From: Clostridia bacterium
Lineage (GTDB): Bacteria > Bacillota > Clostridia > UMGS1883
Reading direction: 5' to 3'
NCBI GenBank assembly: GCA_045660765.1
Contig: JAZREK010000026.1
Location: forward strand, 360-64,359
DNA length: 64,000 nt
The notes under the pieces are model-generated. The model ran no database searches. It worked only from the letters and a program-made list of their open reading frames with translations, and was not told the DNA's origin. Below, one piece after another: positions 38,430 through 47,887 of this stretch (positions are counted from its first letter, which is position 1; the number at the start of each line of letters is the position of its first letter). Both the position numbers and the translations under genes were made by a program.

Positions 38430-39135
38430 CTCTCTCGCAATAGAGTCGGTCTCCCTCTTCTATTACAGTAACTACATTCTCTTTGATAAGTTCCAAAAGA
38501 GCAAGGAAAGTTGCTACATATTCCCCACGAACGCTAAGCCCCTCAAAAAGAGAAACAAACTCGGTTTTATTTCCTTTTTTTAGTTTACCCAAGACTCCTT
38601 TTGAAGCTGCTCTTACCGAATAGTTTGTCCTTCCCAAAACACGTTTGAAAGTTTTCGGGTCAAGCGGTTTACGCGTTGCACTTCTGTCAATCACGGAGAA
38701 AAACGCTTCAAAAAGTCTTTCTATCGGAATTTCTTTATTTTCAGTCTTTACTTTTGGCAGATTAAGCGGTTCTGCACCTTTGAAAACAACCTCGTCACGA
38801 CTGTGGCTTAAAACGTTCATCTGCTCGGAAATTTCTTTATATCTCTTATACTCTTCAAGACGGTCAATAAGCTCTGCACGGGGATCTTCCTCATCCTCTT
38901 CCGGAGTTGGAAGAAGCATTTTTGATTTTATATACAAAAGCTGTGACGCCATTACAAGAAAGTCTCCGCCCACTTCCATATCAAGCTGTTGCATAAGTTC
39001 GATATATGCAAAGTACTGATCGGTTATTACCGAGATCGGAATATCGCATATGCTTACTTTATTCTTACTGATAAGATGTAGTAAAAGGTCAAGCGGGCCT
39101 TCAAAAACATCTATTTTGAAAGAAAGTTCGCTCAT
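38389..39135 (-). CDS. scpA: Segregation and condensation protein A
   Basis: FEGPLDLLLHLI...QLLYIKSKMLLP motifs. Confidence 0.85.
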   Translation of the reverse strand: MSELSFKIDVFEGPLDLLLHLISKNKVSICDIPISVITDQYFAYIELMQQLDMEVGGDFLVMASQLLYIKSKMLLPTPEEDEEDPRAELIDRLEEYKRYKEISEQMNVLSHSRDEVVFKGAEPLNLPKVKTENKEIPIERLFEAFFSVIDRSATRKPLDPKTFKRVLGRTNYSVRAASKGVLGKLKKGNKTEFVSLFEGLSVRGEYVATFLALLELIKENVVTVIEEGDRLYCERGENDVELDNWEEY

Positions 39136-39147
39136 AACATTTTATCC

Positions 39148-39807
39148 TTAGCTAAATAATTTTAATAGGGCTTCAAGAAGCCACCACCAACTGCTAATCA
39201 AGGGAGATATGAAAATATTCAAAATTCTGCCGAGAACCCCTGTGAATGAAAGCAACATCAAAATCGGGAAACCGAGGCGTTCATACATCAAAAGTTTATT
39301 GTAATTCTGATATGATAAAAACGCACCTAAAATTTTACTGCCGTCAAGCGGAGGAAACGGGATAAGATTAAATACCGCAAATCCTATATTAACAACTGCA
39401 AGCTGTACTAAAACCAAAGAAATAAAATCGGTTATAAAATTATTGAAATTCACATGTATAAAACACTCAAAAAGTGCGGTAAGAACTGTTGAGGCAAATG
39501 CAAGGATTATATTTGAAACAGGTCCTGCAAGAGCAACGAGTGCGTTATCCCTCTTTCTATCTGTAAAATACATAGGATTAACAGGCACGGGTTTTGCCCA
39601 GCCAAATCCAAAAAGCACCATACAAAGAGCACCAATCGGGTCAAAGTGCGCTATTGGGTTGAGAGTAAGCCTGCCTGCATATTTTGCAGTAGGGTCACCA
39701 AGTTTATATGCAACAAATCCGTGCGAAAGTTCATGAACGGATATTGCTGTAAACACAACAATAAGTCGTGCCAGAATTTCAGTTAAAGATGATACAAAAT
39801 AGTCCAC
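39148..39807 (-). CDS. Site-2 protease family (peptidase M50) membrane metalloprotease
   Basis: HELSHG zinc motif plus TM helices. Confidence 0.75.
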   Translation of the reverse strand: MDYFVSSLTEILARLIVVFTAISVHELSHGFVAYKLGDPTAKYAGRLTLNPIAHFDPIGALCMVLFGFGWAKPVPVNPMYFTDRKRDNALVALAGPVSNIILAFASTVLTALFECFIHVNFNNFITDFISLVLVQLAVVNIGFAVFNLIPFPPLDGSKILGAFLSYQNYNKLLMYERLGFPILMLLSFTGVLGRILNIFISPLISSWWWLLEALLKLFS

Positions 39808-39934
39808 TATTCCACTTCCAATTTAACACATTTTTACATAAATATCATACCATAATACCACCACGATTGTCAACAAAACAGCACTACCTTAATATATTTT
39901 TTACAATTTTTTCATTTACTAAACCGAAAACAAA

Positions 39935-39966
39935 AAGATATGCAGAACATTTTGTTCTGCATATCT
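39935..39966. terminator. Hairpin AAGATATGCAGAAC/GTTCTGCATATCTT immediately 3' of the small feo-associated ORF
   Basis: 14-bp perfect stem with flanking A and T tracts; terminates the feo operon. Confidence 0.7.
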
Positions 39967-39967
39967 T

Positions 39968-40129
39968 TTATTTTTGTGGATTATTATCACTGCAATTTCC
40001 GTTACACTGCTTACTGTGAGGGCATCCGATACATTTGTGCCCGCTTCTTTTTGCTCGTACTATGTAAAGTATTGCAAGAAGAATTATAGCACCTATCAGC
40101 AAAGCAAGAAGTATATCTTTATTAACCAT
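39968..40129 (-). CDS. FeoB-associated Cys-rich membrane peptide (53 aa)
   Basis: Below the 60-aa ORF-track cutoff. It overlaps the feoB stop by 8 nt and encodes MVNKDILLALLIGAIILLAILYIVRAKRSGHKCIGCPHSKQCNGNCSDNNPQK (one TM plus a CxxC..C..C tail). Confidence 0.6.
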   Translation of the reverse strand: MVNKDILLALLIGAIILLAILYIVRAKRSGHKCIGCPHSKQCNGNCSDNNPQK

Positions 40130-42083
40130 TAATCTTGCGCCCCTTTGCTATAAGATAAGAAATATATAAAACTATACCAACAACTACCATAAGCCCGGGG
40201 AAAAACGCATTTCCAAGAGAACCCGTAGTAATAAGAGTTCCTATCTGATATACCAGGAAAGAAACTGTATAACCTGTTGCAAACTGAAGACCAATTCCGC
40301 CCCAAAGCCATTTTTTGCTCTTGATTTCAGAGTTCATCGCACCAATCGCCGCAAAGCACGGAGGTGTGAAAAGGTTAAACATCAAAAACGCAAGAGCTGC
40401 CACATTTGAGAGGTCGAGAACCGCCATAATTTCGGAATTTCCGCCTATTACTTCAAGGTCTTCATTTATAAATCCAGCTATCGCAGGGTAAGCAACAGCA
40501 ATTGTTCCTACCACGTTTTCTTTTGCAATAAATCCGGTAACTGCCGCCGCCGTAAGTTGCCATGCCGGTATTCCGATTATGGGAATAAGGATATATGAAA
40601 GCGGATTTGCGATACTTGCAAGAATTGAATTGTCCGCTTTATCAGCCACGTCGAGAGACAAAGTAAACGTCTGCATAATATGTACAACCGTATTACAAAG
40701 AAGAATTACCGTACCTGCCTTTACTATGTAAGACCAACCACGAGAAATCATTGAATGAATCGCCCTTGTCACGCTCGGGAATTTATATTCGGGAAGTTCC
40801 ATAATAAAGAAGGACTTTTTCTTGTTTCCTGTTATAGCATTTATTATGAGAGCACCGAAGAAAATTATAATTATGCCTGCAAAATACATCAGAGTTCCAA
40901 CCCATGTTGCATTTTTGAAAAACGCACCTGCAAAAAGCGCTATTACGGGAAGCTTTGCACCACACGGCATAAACGGAGCGAGCATAGCTGTCGCTCTTCT
41001 CTCGCGTTCATCCCTGATTGTGCGGCATGCCATAACACCGGGAATTGCACAACCGGTTCCGATTACGAACGGGATTACAGATTTTCCTGAAAGTCCGACC
41101 TTCTTGAAAATCGGGTCAAGCACCACGCTTACGCGAGCCATATAACCGCAATCTTCGAGAAGAGCAATTAAAAAATACATAACCATAACAAGTGGCAAGA
41201 ATCCAAGCACAGCTCCTACACCACCTATGATTCCGTCAAGAAGTATCGCCTTCAAAAGTTCGTTGCTTCCATCCAGCCAGGTTTCTGCAGCTGAATAAAA
41301 CGCATCAATCCATCCTGTCAGGACATCACCCAGACGCGGACCTACGGTCGACTGTGAAATATTAAAAACAAAAAACATCACAACAGCGAAAATAGGGATA
41401 CCGAGCCATCTGTTTGTTATCAATTTGTCTATTTTATCCTGAAAATTCATTCTGTTCGTATATGCTTTGCGGTGTTCTACACTCTTCACAATAGCATTTA
41501 CAAAATCAAAACGTTTTCTGTCGGCTGATCTTGCTGAAGATTTGCTGACAAGCTCTGTTTTTTCCTCAACAAAAGGAGGTGTCTGGTCTTTTCCTATACA
41601 CGAAACTGCTGCAAGAATAAGTTCTGAAAGACCACTTCCTTCTGTTGAAACTGTTTCTTTAACAGGACAACCGAGCTTTTCTGAAAGAAGTTTTGTATCT
41701 ATTACTGTTTTTTTCTTTTCGTTAATATCGCTTTTATTAAGGGCAACCACAACAGGAATTCCAAGTTCAAGTAGCTGTGTTGTAAAAAACAGACTACGGC
41801 TTAAATTTGTAGCGTCAACGATGTTAATTATAACATCGGGTTTCTCGTTTTTTATGAAAGAACTTGTAACACCTTCCTCCGCTGTAAAAGGCGACATAGA
41901 ATATGTCCCCGGAAGGTCAATAAGAATAATTTCTTCTTTATCATAAAAATTCTTTTTGATATGAGCTTCCTTTTTTTCTACGGTTACACCTGCCCAATTT
42001 CCCACATGTTCACTTTTACCTGTAAGAATATTGTACATTGAGGTTTTACCGCTATTCGGATTTCCTGCCAATGCGATTTTCAT
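40122..42083 (-). CDS. feoB: Ferrous iron transporter FeoB
   Basis: GNPNSGKTS G-domain and a C-terminal Gate/nucleoside-recognition membrane domain. Confidence 0.9.
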   Translation of the reverse strand: MKIALAGNPNSGKTSMYNILTGKSEHVGNWAGVTVEKKEAHIKKNFYDKEEIILIDLPGTYSMSPFTAEEGVTSSFIKNEKPDVIINIVDATNLSRSLFFTTQLLELGIPVVVALNKSDINEKKKTVIDTKLLSEKLGCPVKETVSTEGSGLSELILAAVSCIGKDQTPPFVEEKTELVSKSSARSADRKRFDFVNAIVKSVEHRKAYTNRMNFQDKIDKLITNRWLGIPIFAVVMFFVFNISQSTVGPRLGDVLTGWIDAFYSAAETWLDGSNELLKAILLDGIIGGVGAVLGFLPLVMVMYFLIALLEDCGYMARVSVVLDPIFKKVGLSGKSVIPFVIGTGCAIPGVMACRTIRDERERRATAMLAPFMPCGAKLPVIALFAGAFFKNATWVGTLMYFAGIIIIFFGALIINAITGNKKKSFFIMELPEYKFPSVTRAIHSMISRGWSYIVKAGTVILLCNTVVHIMQTFTLSLDVADKADNSILASIANPLSYILIPIIGIPAWQLTAAAVTGFIAKENVVGTIAVAYPAIAGFINEDLEVIGGNSEIMAVLDLSNVAALAFLMFNLFTPPCFAAIGAMNSEIKSKKWLWGGIGLQFATGYTVSFLVYQIGTLITTGSLGNAFFPGLMVVVGIVLYISYLIAKGRKING

Positions 42084-42101
42084 AAAGTTTCTCCTATCTC
42101 G

Positions 42102-42121
42102 AAGTTAGTTTAAACTAACCT
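42102..42121. promoter_or_regulatory. Palindromic operator candidate AAGTTAGTTTAAACTAACCT between feoA and feoB
   Basis: Perfect 16-bp palindrome GTTAGTTTAAACTAAC. It resembles the DtxR/IdeR box half-site TTAGGTTAG/CTAACCTAA. Confidence 0.45.
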
Positions 42122-42135
42122 GTATCCGAAAAAAA

Positions 42136-42348
42136 TTAAATGATTATGGCTTGTGCCAACTGTCTGTCTATATTGTATCGTCCATCCTTGATAGCGACGA
42201 TACAGCTACTTCTAAGACGTGATATCACAGTTATTGCCTCTCCGGCGTAACAACCGAGAGAAAACAAAAAAGCATCAAGCTCGTCATCATTTGTCAAAAT
42301 CTCTTTTATAATATATTCTTTTCCTTCTTCTGCATTGAAAAGATTCAT
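42136..42348 (-). CDS. feoA: FeoA
   Basis: 70-aa SH3-like FeoA domain. Confidence 0.8.
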   Translation of the reverse strand: MNLFNAEEGKEYIIKEILTNDDELDAFLFSLGCYAGEAITVISRLRSSCIVAIKDGRYNIDRQLAQAIII

Positions 42349-42370
42349 AGTAACACCTACTTCTGTTTTT

Positions 42371-42392
42371 GGTTAGTTAGTCTTAACTAACC
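42371..42392. promoter_or_regulatory. Palindromic operator candidate GGTTAGTTAGTCTTAACTAACC at the feoA transcription start
   Basis: 9-bp perfect inverted repeat with a 4-nt spacer, immediately downstream of the -10 element. It contains TTAGTTAG-TC-TTAACTAA, resembling TWAGGTWAGSCTWACCTWA. Confidence 0.5.
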
Positions 42393-42398
42393 ATTGGT

Positions 42399-42427
42399 AT
42401 TTTAGCAATATTTTTAAAGGTTGTCAA
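42399..42427 (-). promoter_or_regulatory. Sigma-A promoter TTGACA-17-TAAAAT for feoAB
   Basis: Reverse complement reads TTGACAacctttaaaaatattgcTAAAAT. Confidence 0.55.
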
Positions 42428-42556
42428 TAGGTTTTTTAAATTTTTTCCCAGAATTTACATAGAAGATTTTCACCTTTTTTGCAGAATATTTTAGTGTGAG
42501 CCTGCAGGTCTGCGGCAGGTGTGAAATATTTTTGCGGACAGAAAGGTTTGAAAACT

Positions 42557-43774
42557 ATGAACAACAAAAAAATGATAGCTACGCTTACTGCCATGGCACT
42601 TATCCCCTCGAGCGCTTTTGCAAATGTGAGTTACAGTGTACAGAAAGGTGATTCTTATTGGAATATCGCTCAAAAATTCAATACTACGCTTAATTCCGTT
42701 CTGAAAGCGAACGATGCAGATTCTTCCTCGGCACTGATGATTGGTCAGATAATCACTATACCTTCTAACACATACACAGTGCAAAAGGGCGATACTTTTT
42801 ACCTTATAGCAAAAAAATGCGGTGTTACACTCTCATCATTACTTGAAGCCAACAACGCCGATAGTAATACTATGCTGTATGCAGGAGATAAAATTACCAT
42901 TCCTTCGAGCAAAAGCGGATATACGTCTTACACCATACAAAAGGGCGATACATACTGGACTATTTCACAAAAGTACGGAATAAGTCTCAACGATTTGCTC
43001 GTAGCAAATAATGCTATAAATAATTCGGCGTTATTTATTGGGGACGTAATTCAGATTCCTTCTTCATCGGGAGGAGAAAGTTCGGGAGGTTCTTCAGACA
43101 ACACATCAACAAACACTCCATCCGTCACACATAAAACACATACAGTAACAAGCGGAGACACTCTATGGAACATTGCTATTAAATATGGGATTCCGTTTCA
43201 GGAACTCCTCGATTCCAACTCGCTTACAGAGTCTAGTTACATATATAATGGTATGAAGCTGTCAATTCCCGTACATCACATTCCCGTGAAAGATGCGCCG
43301 AGTGGATATGGCGAACTTCTGGAATGGTTCAGCGAAGCACAGTATGTGGTTCCGATAAATGCTGATTTTACCGTAGTAGATCTGGCAACAGGGAAAAGTT
43401 TCAATGCAAGAAGAACTGTTGGCAGTGGTCATGCAGACTGCGAACCGCTTACCGCAAGTGATACAGCAAAAATGAAAGAAATCTGGGGCGGTAGTTTTAA
43501 TTGGAACAAGCGTAGCGTACTTATCAAAATCAACGGAAGAACAATTGCTGCAAGTGCCGCAGGTATGCTCCACGCAGGCAACGACGGCGCTCCCGGCGGC
43601 GAATGGACAAGCTGGCGTAGCGACAATTACGGCGCAGGAACTAATTACGATTATATAAAAGGTAACAACGCACACGGACATTTTGATTTGCACTTTTACA
43701 AATCAATAGGACATAGCAGCGGGGTGGAAAACTCAACTCATCAGAAAAACGTATTAAAAAGTGCAGGCAAATAA
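42557..43774 (+). CDS. Secreted protein with four LysM repeats and a C-terminal uncharacterised ~180-aa domain
   Basis: Signal peptide; four YxVxxGDxxxxIAxKY...L...N LysM units. Start set to the ATG at 42557 (MNNKKM) with an AAAGG SD. Confidence 0.7.
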   Translation: MNNKKMIATLTAMALIPSSAFANVSYSVQKGDSYWNIAQKFNTTLNSVLKANDADSSSALMIGQIITIPSNTYTVQKGDTFYLIAKKCGVTLSSLLEANNADSNTMLYAGDKITIPSSKSGYTSYTIQKGDTYWTISQKYGISLNDLLVANNAINNSALFIGDVIQIPSSSGGESSGGSSDNTSTNTPSVTHKTHTVTSGDTLWNIAIKYGIPFQELLDSNSLTESSYIYNGMKLSIPVHHIPVKDAPSGYGELLEWFSEAQYVVPINADFTVVDLATGKSFNARRTVGSGHADCEPLTASDTAKMKEIWGGSFNWNKRSVLIKINGRTIAASAAGMLHAGNDGAPGGEWTSWRSDNYGAGTNYDYIKGNNAHGHFDLHFYKSIGHSSGVENSTHQKNVLKSAGK

Positions 43775-43813
43775 AAAAATCCCTGGATCCTTGCAGATTC
43801 AGGCATTTTTTTA
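43771..43813. terminator. Bidirectional terminator (CCTGGATC/GATTCAGG, one G-U wobble) with T-runs on both sides
   Basis: Lies between the convergent LysM and CvpA genes. Confidence 0.55.
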
Positions 43814-44377
43814 TTTCATAATCTTTGCTAGTATATCAGCAACAAAGTTACCTTCATAAAACTTAATAGCAAGAGATGAACTTTCAATGCTTTCATTTAT
43901 TTGAGAAATTATTTCGTTTGAAGAAAGATTTTTAATTACACCTACCGCTATATAGCACACTATAAGGCCACTGAAAATTCCGACTATTACTCCCAATACT
44001 TTGTTAGCTTGTTTTATAACAGGGAATCTTGCAGCAATATTAAGCACTTTAGAAAGTATTGTTATAAAAATCTTCGCCAGAATAATGACCATTATAAAAC
44101 TGATTGTGTTCACAACAATTGAGCTTGCTGTTTTTACTGCAATATCAGTTTTGAGCAGTTCCTCTCCACTTTTTAAAAGGAATTCATACACGTTTTCTTC
44201 CACAAAGTCGCCCAGGGAAGATTCTCTGAGCAATTTTGATATAGGATTATAAAGAATTATACCAAAAACCAATGAAATCACTGTGGACGACAAGTTTAAA
44301 AGAGTCCTTATAAAGCCTTTTTTCCATCCGTCCAAAGCGAACAACACCAAAACAAGTATTAAAATAAAGTCTGCCAT
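43811..44377 (-). CDS. CvpA-family membrane protein
   Basis: 4 TM, colicin V production protein-like. Confidence 0.6.
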   Translation of the reverse strand: MADFILILVLVLFALDGWKKGFIRTLLNLSSTVISLVFGIILYNPISKLLRESSLGDFVEENVYEFLLKSGEELLKTDIAVKTASSIVVNTISFIMVIILAKIFITILSKVLNIAARFPVIKQANKVLGVIVGIFSGLIVCYIAVGVIKNLSSNEIISQINESIESSSLAIKFYEGNFVADILAKIMK

Positions 44378-44387
44378 AATTCATCCC

Positions 44388-45506
44388 CTACTCTATAACG
44401 TTACCACCCGTATTTCCAAGCACAAACACGTGTTTACCATCTTTATACAATACCATTTTCTTTATATTGTATTCCGCCTCTGTTTTTTTCTTTTCTTTAA
44501 GTCTTCCGTTTGTTATATAGACTTTTTTACCGAATGCCAATGCGATTGAGTCCTCATTCTGACTTATAGCATCAATTGTGCCACTGTAATTTTTTTCTGC
44601 TGCAACTTCACCAAGGCTGTTAATTACTTTTACATCCGTAGACTTTCCTTTTGATATCTTCGCAGATGAAAAAGCAAGTATCAATTTGTCTTTTTTCGAT
44701 ACATCGGCTTTTATAAGTGCATTTTCTCCGAAGTTATACGACCATCTTTCAGTTCCGTCAGAATTAAAGTACTTAAGCGAACTGCTTCCCAGAAGTGTAT
44801 ATGTATCATCGTTATTAAATGTTACAGAATAGAAAATTTCTGAATCAAAGCTTGTTTTCTTGATAACTTCTGCAGTTGTAATATCAATCAGACAAACTTC
44901 GCCGACAAGCTTATCTTTACCGGCAGATGCAAGCGACAATGCCATAGTATTATTTGCTACATTTATGTCACCGTCTAAAAATTCGCTCTTGCTTACATCC
45001 CATTTAAAAATGGCTTCACCTTTGCGGTTATAGACCATACATTCGCAGTTATATCCTTCTTTTTCCGTTACAGACAAAAGATAACCGTTTTTGTTCATTT
45101 TTGCACTGATTATTTTATTATTGGTTTTTACGGTATACTCCTGCGAATCTTCTTTAAATACGAGAATTTCTTTAGAGTCTGCATCATAACATGCTGCCCA
45201 CTCTCCCTCTGCATGCAAAGTGGGTTCTGAAATTGCTATCGGGAAACTTTCCGTCGCTCCCTTTTTATCAACAACAGTAAAGTTAGTTGTTGTCAGGAAA
45301 GCAACTTTATCTTCGACTCTCGCTATATCTCCGCCGTAAAAAGCTGCATCATTCTGGGTGCTTGAAAGAAGTTCACTACCATCATTTTCCCCTATTTTAA
45401 AAATATCTCTGTCTCTGTTCTGATAATAAATAATTATAAACATTGCAATAACTACAGCTATTGCCACGATGTTTTTAATTATATTCAGCATCTTCTGTTT
45501 ATTCAT
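44388..45506 (-). CDS. Membrane-anchored hypothetical protein (N-terminal TM plus beta-rich extracytoplasmic domain)
   Basis: Start chosen at the ATG at 45506 (MNKQKMLNIIKNIVAIAVVIAMFIIIYY) with a GGAGG SD; it overlaps the truA stop by 8 nt. Confidence 0.45.
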   Translation of the reverse strand: MNKQKMLNIIKNIVAIAVVIAMFIIIYYQNRDRDIFKIGENDGSELLSSTQNDAAFYGGDIARVEDKVAFLTTTNFTVVDKKGATESFPIAISEPTLHAEGEWAACYDADSKEILVFKEDSQEYTVKTNNKIISAKMNKNGYLLSVTEKEGYNCECMVYNRKGEAIFKWDVSKSEFLDGDINVANNTMALSLASAGKDKLVGEVCLIDITTAEVIKKTSFDSEIFYSVTFNNDDTYTLLGSSSLKYFNSDGTERWSYNFGENALIKADVSKKDKLILAFSSAKISKGKSTDVKVINSLGEVAAEKNYSGTIDAISQNEDSIALAFGKKVYITNGRLKEKKKTEAEYNIKKMVLYKDGKHVFVLGNTGGNVIE

Positions 45507-46233
45507 AGTTAACCTCCACAAGCGAAAGTCCTTGCGGTGGGGCGGTAATCCCCATTTCTCGCCTGTCTTTTTTTTCAATAAGCTCTTTTATGTCATTTTC
45601 AGAAAGTTTTCCATTACCGACATAAACCAAAGTTCCCACGATTATGCGAACCATATTGTATAAGAAGCCATCTGCCGCGGCACGTACAGTTATTATATCC
45701 CCAACTTTTTCTACTGTCAGCTCGGTAACGTTTCTGACAGTGGATTTGACGACACTTCCTGCCGCGCAAAATGATGCAAAGTCATGCTTGCCTTTTATTA
45801 TTTCCGCAGCCTTTTTCATTTTTTCTACATCAAGTTCTACGGGGTAATGCCATGCAAAGTTACGCAAAAGCGGATCCTGAAAAGCACGATTTACAATTTT
45901 ATACTCATACGCTTTTGTTACGGTATGAAATCTGGCATTGAAATCTTCAGGGACCTCTTCGCACTTGTACACTCTGATGTCGTCAGGTAATTTTGTATTT
46001 AGCACAAACGGTATTTTATCTGTGGGGATTGTTGTTTCCCCACAGAAATTACATACATACACCTTCGCATGAACGCCTGCATCAGTTCTTGAACATCCCG
46101 TAACAACAGTTTCTTTCGAAAAAACTTCTGTAAGGATATTTTCCAAAACTTCCTGCACCGTTATTCCATTTTTCTGGCGTTGCCATCCATGATAATTTGT
46201 ACCGTCGTACGCCATTGTCATTTTATAATTCAT
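45499..46233 (-). CDS. truA: tRNA pseudouridine(38-40) synthase
   Basis: YDGTNYHGWQRQ...RTDAGVHA motifs. Confidence 0.9.
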   Translation of the reverse strand: MNYKMTMAYDGTNYHGWQRQKNGITVQEVLENILTEVFSKETVVTGCSRTDAGVHAKVYVCNFCGETTIPTDKIPFVLNTKLPDDIRVYKCEEVPEDFNARFHTVTKAYEYKIVNRAFQDPLLRNFAWHYPVELDVEKMKKAAEIIKGKHDFASFCAAGSVVKSTVRNVTELTVEKVGDIITVRAAADGFLYNMVRIIVGTLVYVGNGKLSENDIKELIEKKDRREMGITAPPQGLSLVEVNYE

Positions 46234-47037
46234 TTAAAGCACTACCTTTATAGCAACAAGTATAATTGTAAGCAAAACAGCAGATACAAGAGCATGCAAA
46301 TCACATTTCCCGAAGACAAACTTGCGATAACTGCTACGGTTTGCATCTGCATTATAACATCGGCACTCCATTGCAACAGCAAGTTCGTCAGCTCTTCTGA
46401 AAGCACTTACAAAAAGCGGTATTAAAATCGGAATCATTGATTTAATACGCTTTATCGGGTTTTTATTTTCAAAATCTGCTCCGCGTGATGTCTGCGCCTT
46501 AATAATTTTATCCGTTTCATCAAGAAGAGTAGGTATGAAACGAAGAGCTATACCGATCATTGTCACAAAGACGGATATCGGTACGCCTATTTTTTTAAGC
46601 GGTGATAAAAGAACTTCAAGACCACCTGTAAGCACAGTAGGCGTTGTTGTAAGAGTAAGAATAGATGTTCCTATAATAAGAAGTATTATTCTTGCAGCCA
46701 TTTTTGATGCCATATATATGCCTTCAAGAGTTATTGTGAATATCCCGCTACCGAACACTTCTGTCTCGCCCTGTGTCATAAACAGATTAAGCGCCGCTGT
46801 AATAATTACAAGCAAAATTATCGGTTTAAGACCACGCAACATGAATTTTACGGGGATTTTCGATAGTGCAATAATGATGCAAGTTACTGCAGTAATTACA
46901 ACATATGACCAGAATCCACTAACTGCAAAAAGTGCAATCATATAAAACAGAGTCCACAAAATTTTTGTTCTGGGGTCCAATTTATGAATCGGAGAGGTTG
47001 TGTCGTAATACTGTCCGATGGTGATGTCTCTGATCAT
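46234..47037 (-). CDS. ecfT: Energy-coupling factor transporter transmembrane component
   Basis: CbiQ-family membrane protein immediately downstream of the two EcfA genes. Confidence 0.85.
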   Translation of the reverse strand: MIRDITIGQYYDTTSPIHKLDPRTKILWTLFYMIALFAVSGFWSYVVITAVTCIIIALSKIPVKFMLRGLKPIILLVIITAALNLFMTQGETEVFGSGIFTITLEGIYMASKMAARIILLIIGTSILTLTTTPTVLTGGLEVLLSPLKKIGVPISVFVTMIGIALRFIPTLLDETDKIIKAQTSRGADFENKNPIKRIKSMIPILIPLFVSAFRRADELAVAMECRCYNADANRSSYRKFVFGKCDLHALVSAVLLTIILVAIKVVL

Positions 47038-47885
47038 ATCTCCACCTCCAGTGCTGCAACTATTGCATTTACCGCATCTTTCACAGTAAATATGTTTTCA
47101 GGCAAATCCATACCGCCCTCGTTAAGAAGCTTGATTATCTTCGTGATTTCAGGGATTTCAAGCGAGCAGTTTTCAAGCGTTGACACATCTTCAAACACTT
47201 CACTTGTTGAGGCATCCTTGATTTTTTCGCCGTCATTCAAGAGAATTATTCTGTCTACGTTTTCTGCCAAATCTTCCATACTGTGAGAAATGAGAACAAT
47301 TGTTGTTCCCTCTTCCTCCCTGATTCTGTGAAGTTCCTCCAAAAGACGAGTTCTACCCGACGGGTCAAGTCCTGCAGCAGGTTCATCAAGAATCAAAACT
47401 TCAGGATTAGTAGCAAGAACACCCGCTATTGCGACACGTCTTTTCTGACCTCCTGAAAGTTCAAAAGGAGACTTTTCAAAAAGTTCTTCTTTAAGGTTTG
47501 CAAGACGCGCGCTTTTTCTTACACATTCGTCGATTTCTTTTTGACTTAACCCTTTATTTTTCGGGCCGAATGCGATGTCCAGATAGACAGTTTCTTCAAA
47601 AAGCTGATGCTCCGGATACTGAAAGACTATTCCGACCTTATTGCGAAGAGCACGAGCCGCGCTCTTGTAATCGGAAAATCCTTCTCCGCTTACAAAAATT
47701 TCACCTTCAGAAGGGTTTATAAGTCCTGCGAGAATTTGCGCAACGGTAGTCTTTCCGCTACCTGTATGCCCTGCAACACCTATAAATTCGCCTTTATTTA
47801 TTTTCAGATTGATATTCTTCAGTGCAACAGTGTTTTCACTGCTGTTAGCACTGTAAGAATAACTTACGTTTCTGAGTTCAATCAT
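47034..47885 (-). CDS. ecfA2: ECF transporter ATPase A2
   Basis: Walker A GHTGSGKTT, ABC signature LSGGQKRR. Confidence 0.85.
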   Translation of the reverse strand: MIELRNVSYSYSANSSENTVALKNINLKINKGEFIGVAGHTGSGKTTVAQILAGLINPSEGEIFVSGEGFSDYKSAARALRNKVGIVFQYPEHQLFEETVYLDIAFGPKNKGLSQKEIDECVRKSARLANLKEELFEKSPFELSGGQKRRVAIAGVLATNPEVLILDEPAAGLDPSGRTRLLEELHRIREEEGTTIVLISHSMEDLAENVDRIILLNDGEKIKDASTSEVFEDVSTLENCSLEIPEITKIIKLLNEGGMDLPENIFTVKDAVNAIVAALEVEI

Positions 47886-47887
47886 AG

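Noticed and set aside
42349-42520. Fur box upstream of feoA
   Set aside because: No GATAATGATAATCATTATC-like 19-mer is present. The palindromes instead resemble DtxR/IdeR boxes and are reported separately.
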